DNA from: Mobula hypostoma
Lineage: Eukaryota
DNA: 64,000 bases
Assembly: GCF_963921235.1 (NCBI RefSeq)
Contig: NC_086097.1
Span: forward strand, 226,054,001 to 226,118,000
Direction of reading: 5' to 3'
Part shown: positions 61,331 through 64,000 of the stretch, piece by piece
How the letters are laid out: each line of letters starts with the position of its first letter
How positions within the stretch are numbered: the first letter of the stretch is position 1
Notes under the pieces: model-generated
Told to the model about the DNA's origin: nothing
The model's database searches: none
The model's input: only the letters and a program-made list of their open reading frames with translations
Position numbers and translations under genes: made by a program

Positions 61331-61754
61331 ACTGTTGGTCTCACAGTAGCCTCTCTTATAAGTGCCATTCTTTTCCAGCAACTAAGGTTATAGTGGCAGT
61401 CTGACCTAGGCAATGTAGCTGTGGTGTCATATTTTTCCAATTGTTCTCAATGGACTGCGCTGAACTTCGAGGTATGTTCTATGCCTCTGGGATGATCTTA
61501 TACCCTTCCCCAGATTTGTGGCTTCTCTGTTATTATTTCCTTGACTTGCCTTGAATGGTCTTTTCTCTTCACTTTGATTTGGTCTGTTGAAAATCTACCA
61601 TACCATTGGACCTTACAGAGGGAGGGGTAATTTATTCTTATGAATTCAATGAAAACAGGTGATCCTCAATTTTCTACATCAACAGATCAGATGAGTTCAT
61701 AAGGTAATATAAAGTATTGCACCTGAGGACAGTTAGCGTAGCATTTACAAAGGG

Positions 61755-62048
61755 TTAAAGTTAGTTATAGTCTGTCCCGAGCCTTATAGGCTCATCAGAC
61801 CGGTGCTTATGCTGGTTTCCGTGGCATGAAGCGACTGAGAGTACTAGGCTCCCCTCTGGATAGGACGCCAGTCTATCGCGAGGTTAGCCCCCATCATTTT
61901 GCCGGTACCCATTTTCAGCTGGGTGGGCTGGAGCATTGTGTGGTTAATTGCCTTGCTGAAGCACACAACAGGTTGCCTTGTCTGGGGCTCAAACTCACGA
62001 CCTTCAGATCGCTAGTCCAACGCCTTAACCACTTGGCCATGCGCCACA
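61755..62048 (-). mobile_element. tRNA-headed SINE with a V-SINE-like body
   Basis: A box TGGCCAAGTGG and decayed B box GTTTGAGCC. Head shared with 58316-58625. Body ccacccagctgaaaatgggtacc...cgcgatagactggcgtcctatccag. Confidence 0.85.
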
Positions 62049-64000
62049 TTTACAAAGGGGATGAGTACTTTTTCAGCCTCACAATTTTGGTTTTTAATTT
62101 TTAATAAATTTTTGACAGGTTTTGGAATTTTTCTTTTGATTTGAATGATGCACAATGTTTTGTAGATTAGCTCAAAAAACAGTGGTACTCCAATATATTT
62201 TAGATTTAGAAAAGGATACAGTAAAATTTGAAAACAGTTGCAGGGGCTCAATACTTATTCAAGGCACTGTACTAGGCAATTTTCCTCTACCAATGTTGTT
62301 GCTGGACTGATGGAGCTTGGCTGGAAGTATAGTTACATCTGGAGTACATCTCTTCATTTGCACCACGGGCCTGATGTTGAAATCCACAGGATTCACATTC
62401 AGGGTCTGAAATTGTTTAACTGCTTAATACTTTTTTTTAATCTATTGGAATGAGCATGCCTCAGTAACATATTCCTTTCTTATTTGTCCATGATCCACAA
62501 CTGGGCTGATCAGTTATTTTGTTGCACGTTGTCTACACAGGAGCAGTTGGTTGGACAGAGCTTCTATGGATTTAACTTGTACAAATGAAAGGCAATTATA
62601 AGAATAATTATTGTTATAAATGTCTCCAGAATCAGATTTGGACTTTGGATTTTGACCTTCAGTATCAACCCCTGAACTAGCCGACAATAGGACCCCGAAA
62701 TCCAGGCTCAAACTCTAGTCTCCAGGCTCGCTGACTGACCAGCCCTCATGCCTCTTGCTTGCACAGTCAAAAGTCAAAGTTTACAGTAACTATCATTATT
62801 AGACCTGATATAAACCAGATATTGGCAATAGGCGCAGCATAAGGAAAAGTACACAACCATAAAAAGGGATCATTCGTACTATTTGACTGTTTTTGCAGCA
62901 TACACCTGGGATGTTTTGTTTGGGCTATGAATCCACTGAAAGTGTGGTACTTCTGAACTTAGTGCCCTGTGCTGTTTCATCCTCCACTGAATGGGTAAGC
63001 AAAATTCCCCAGTTGAAGTCTAATTGAGTAAGTTATTTTATTTCTTTTGTATGATCTAGTGCTTCATTCAATATGATTTCTTACAATCTTAATTTCTGTC
63101 TAAACTAAATAAATCTCATGTAAGTAATGCACTTTGCTGAAAATAATGGTTGAATAAGATTGATTGAGGGTAAATAGCCCTATCGATCTGTTCAGATAGC
63201 TTTACAAATATCTGAAAGCGATATCTGATTTGAACTAAAGTTGCAATTACTTTCATTGTGTTCCCCAATTCTTCTTTACAAATTTGTTGTAGTAATTATT
63301 TAAATCTAAAATGGTACCTAAATCATTATCACGCTGGAGGAGATATCAACAATAAGTGTGCATTCATGAATCCATTGCTTTTGTGTGGCAATCATTGTGA
63401 GGTTTCTTAACTCTAATTTTTAACAAATTTCCACTGTATTTTGTATAAAATTTTGCATGACAAATTAAAATAATGCCATGTGCTCACCAGAATGAAGTTC
63501 AGTTCTTCAGTCGAATTGATATTGGCTGGGAAAAGTAGAGCTAATTCACTCCAAACCATCAGCCCTTTGATCGTGGGTACTTATAGACAAATCTTCAATG
63601 ATTAATCCTGAATATGCATGGAAGAGTTTAAGAAAAGCCAAAATGGAATTGAAGTCATGTTTATGTTCAGTTTACATTTTACATTAGATCGCGGAATCAA
63701 ACTTCAAATTGCATCATTGCATCTGCGCAGTTCTCTGCTAAATAACAGTTGATGGATTACTTGCAATTCAGCTGACAAAAGATCAAGGAACACACATTTA
63801 ATTTTTTAGAAGAAACTGAGCTTGTTTACTTGCTATCGTATCTCCTTTTCCCCTTCCCCATCCATGAATGTATTAATCGTATGTTAAAACTTGTTTGGAA
63901 ATTTAGTGTTTTCATAACTTAACGATAAGAAATGAGAACTTGTTAAATACAAAGTTATATTCAAGTGTTGCAGTCACAAATTTCTTGTTGGAGGAGCTAT

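Noticed and set aside
61770..61805. Hammerhead in the SINE tail (minus strand ctgatgagcctataaggctcggga)
   Set aside because: CTGATGA and a hairpin are present but the GAAA box and cleavage site are missing; more likely a LINE-recognition stem-loop.
58540..62048. tRNA genes at ~58550-58625 and ~61975-62048
   Set aside because: A and B boxes run straight into SINE bodies and tails with no tRNA terminator, so these are SINE heads.

Overview
Eukaryotic, repeat-dense intergenic or intronic DNA. The repeat families suggest a cartilaginous fish, probably a ray or skate; this is inferred from repeat content only. Most of the window is nested retroelements: many CR1 LINEs (one interrupted full-length copy with ORF1, one young copy with an intact 807-aa ORF2 part), Rex1/Babar LINEs, a degenerate full-length RTE LINE, and Penelope-like (GIY-YIG) elements. 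Also present are two probable solo LTRs, tRNA-headed SINEs, an internally deleted Tigger transposon and a mariner-type MITE. No host gene is identifiable; one possible terminal exon lies near 28 kb. Most interesting: (i) minimal hammerhead ribozyme motifs in the Penelope terminal repeats; (ii) two short elements that share the RTE 5'UTR and tail but carry different heads, one a highly structured GC-rich head of unknown origin; (iii) a CR1 cassette carrying a copy of the flank of a neighbouring CR1 insertion. Repeat boundaries are read by eye and are approximate unless a TSD is given.
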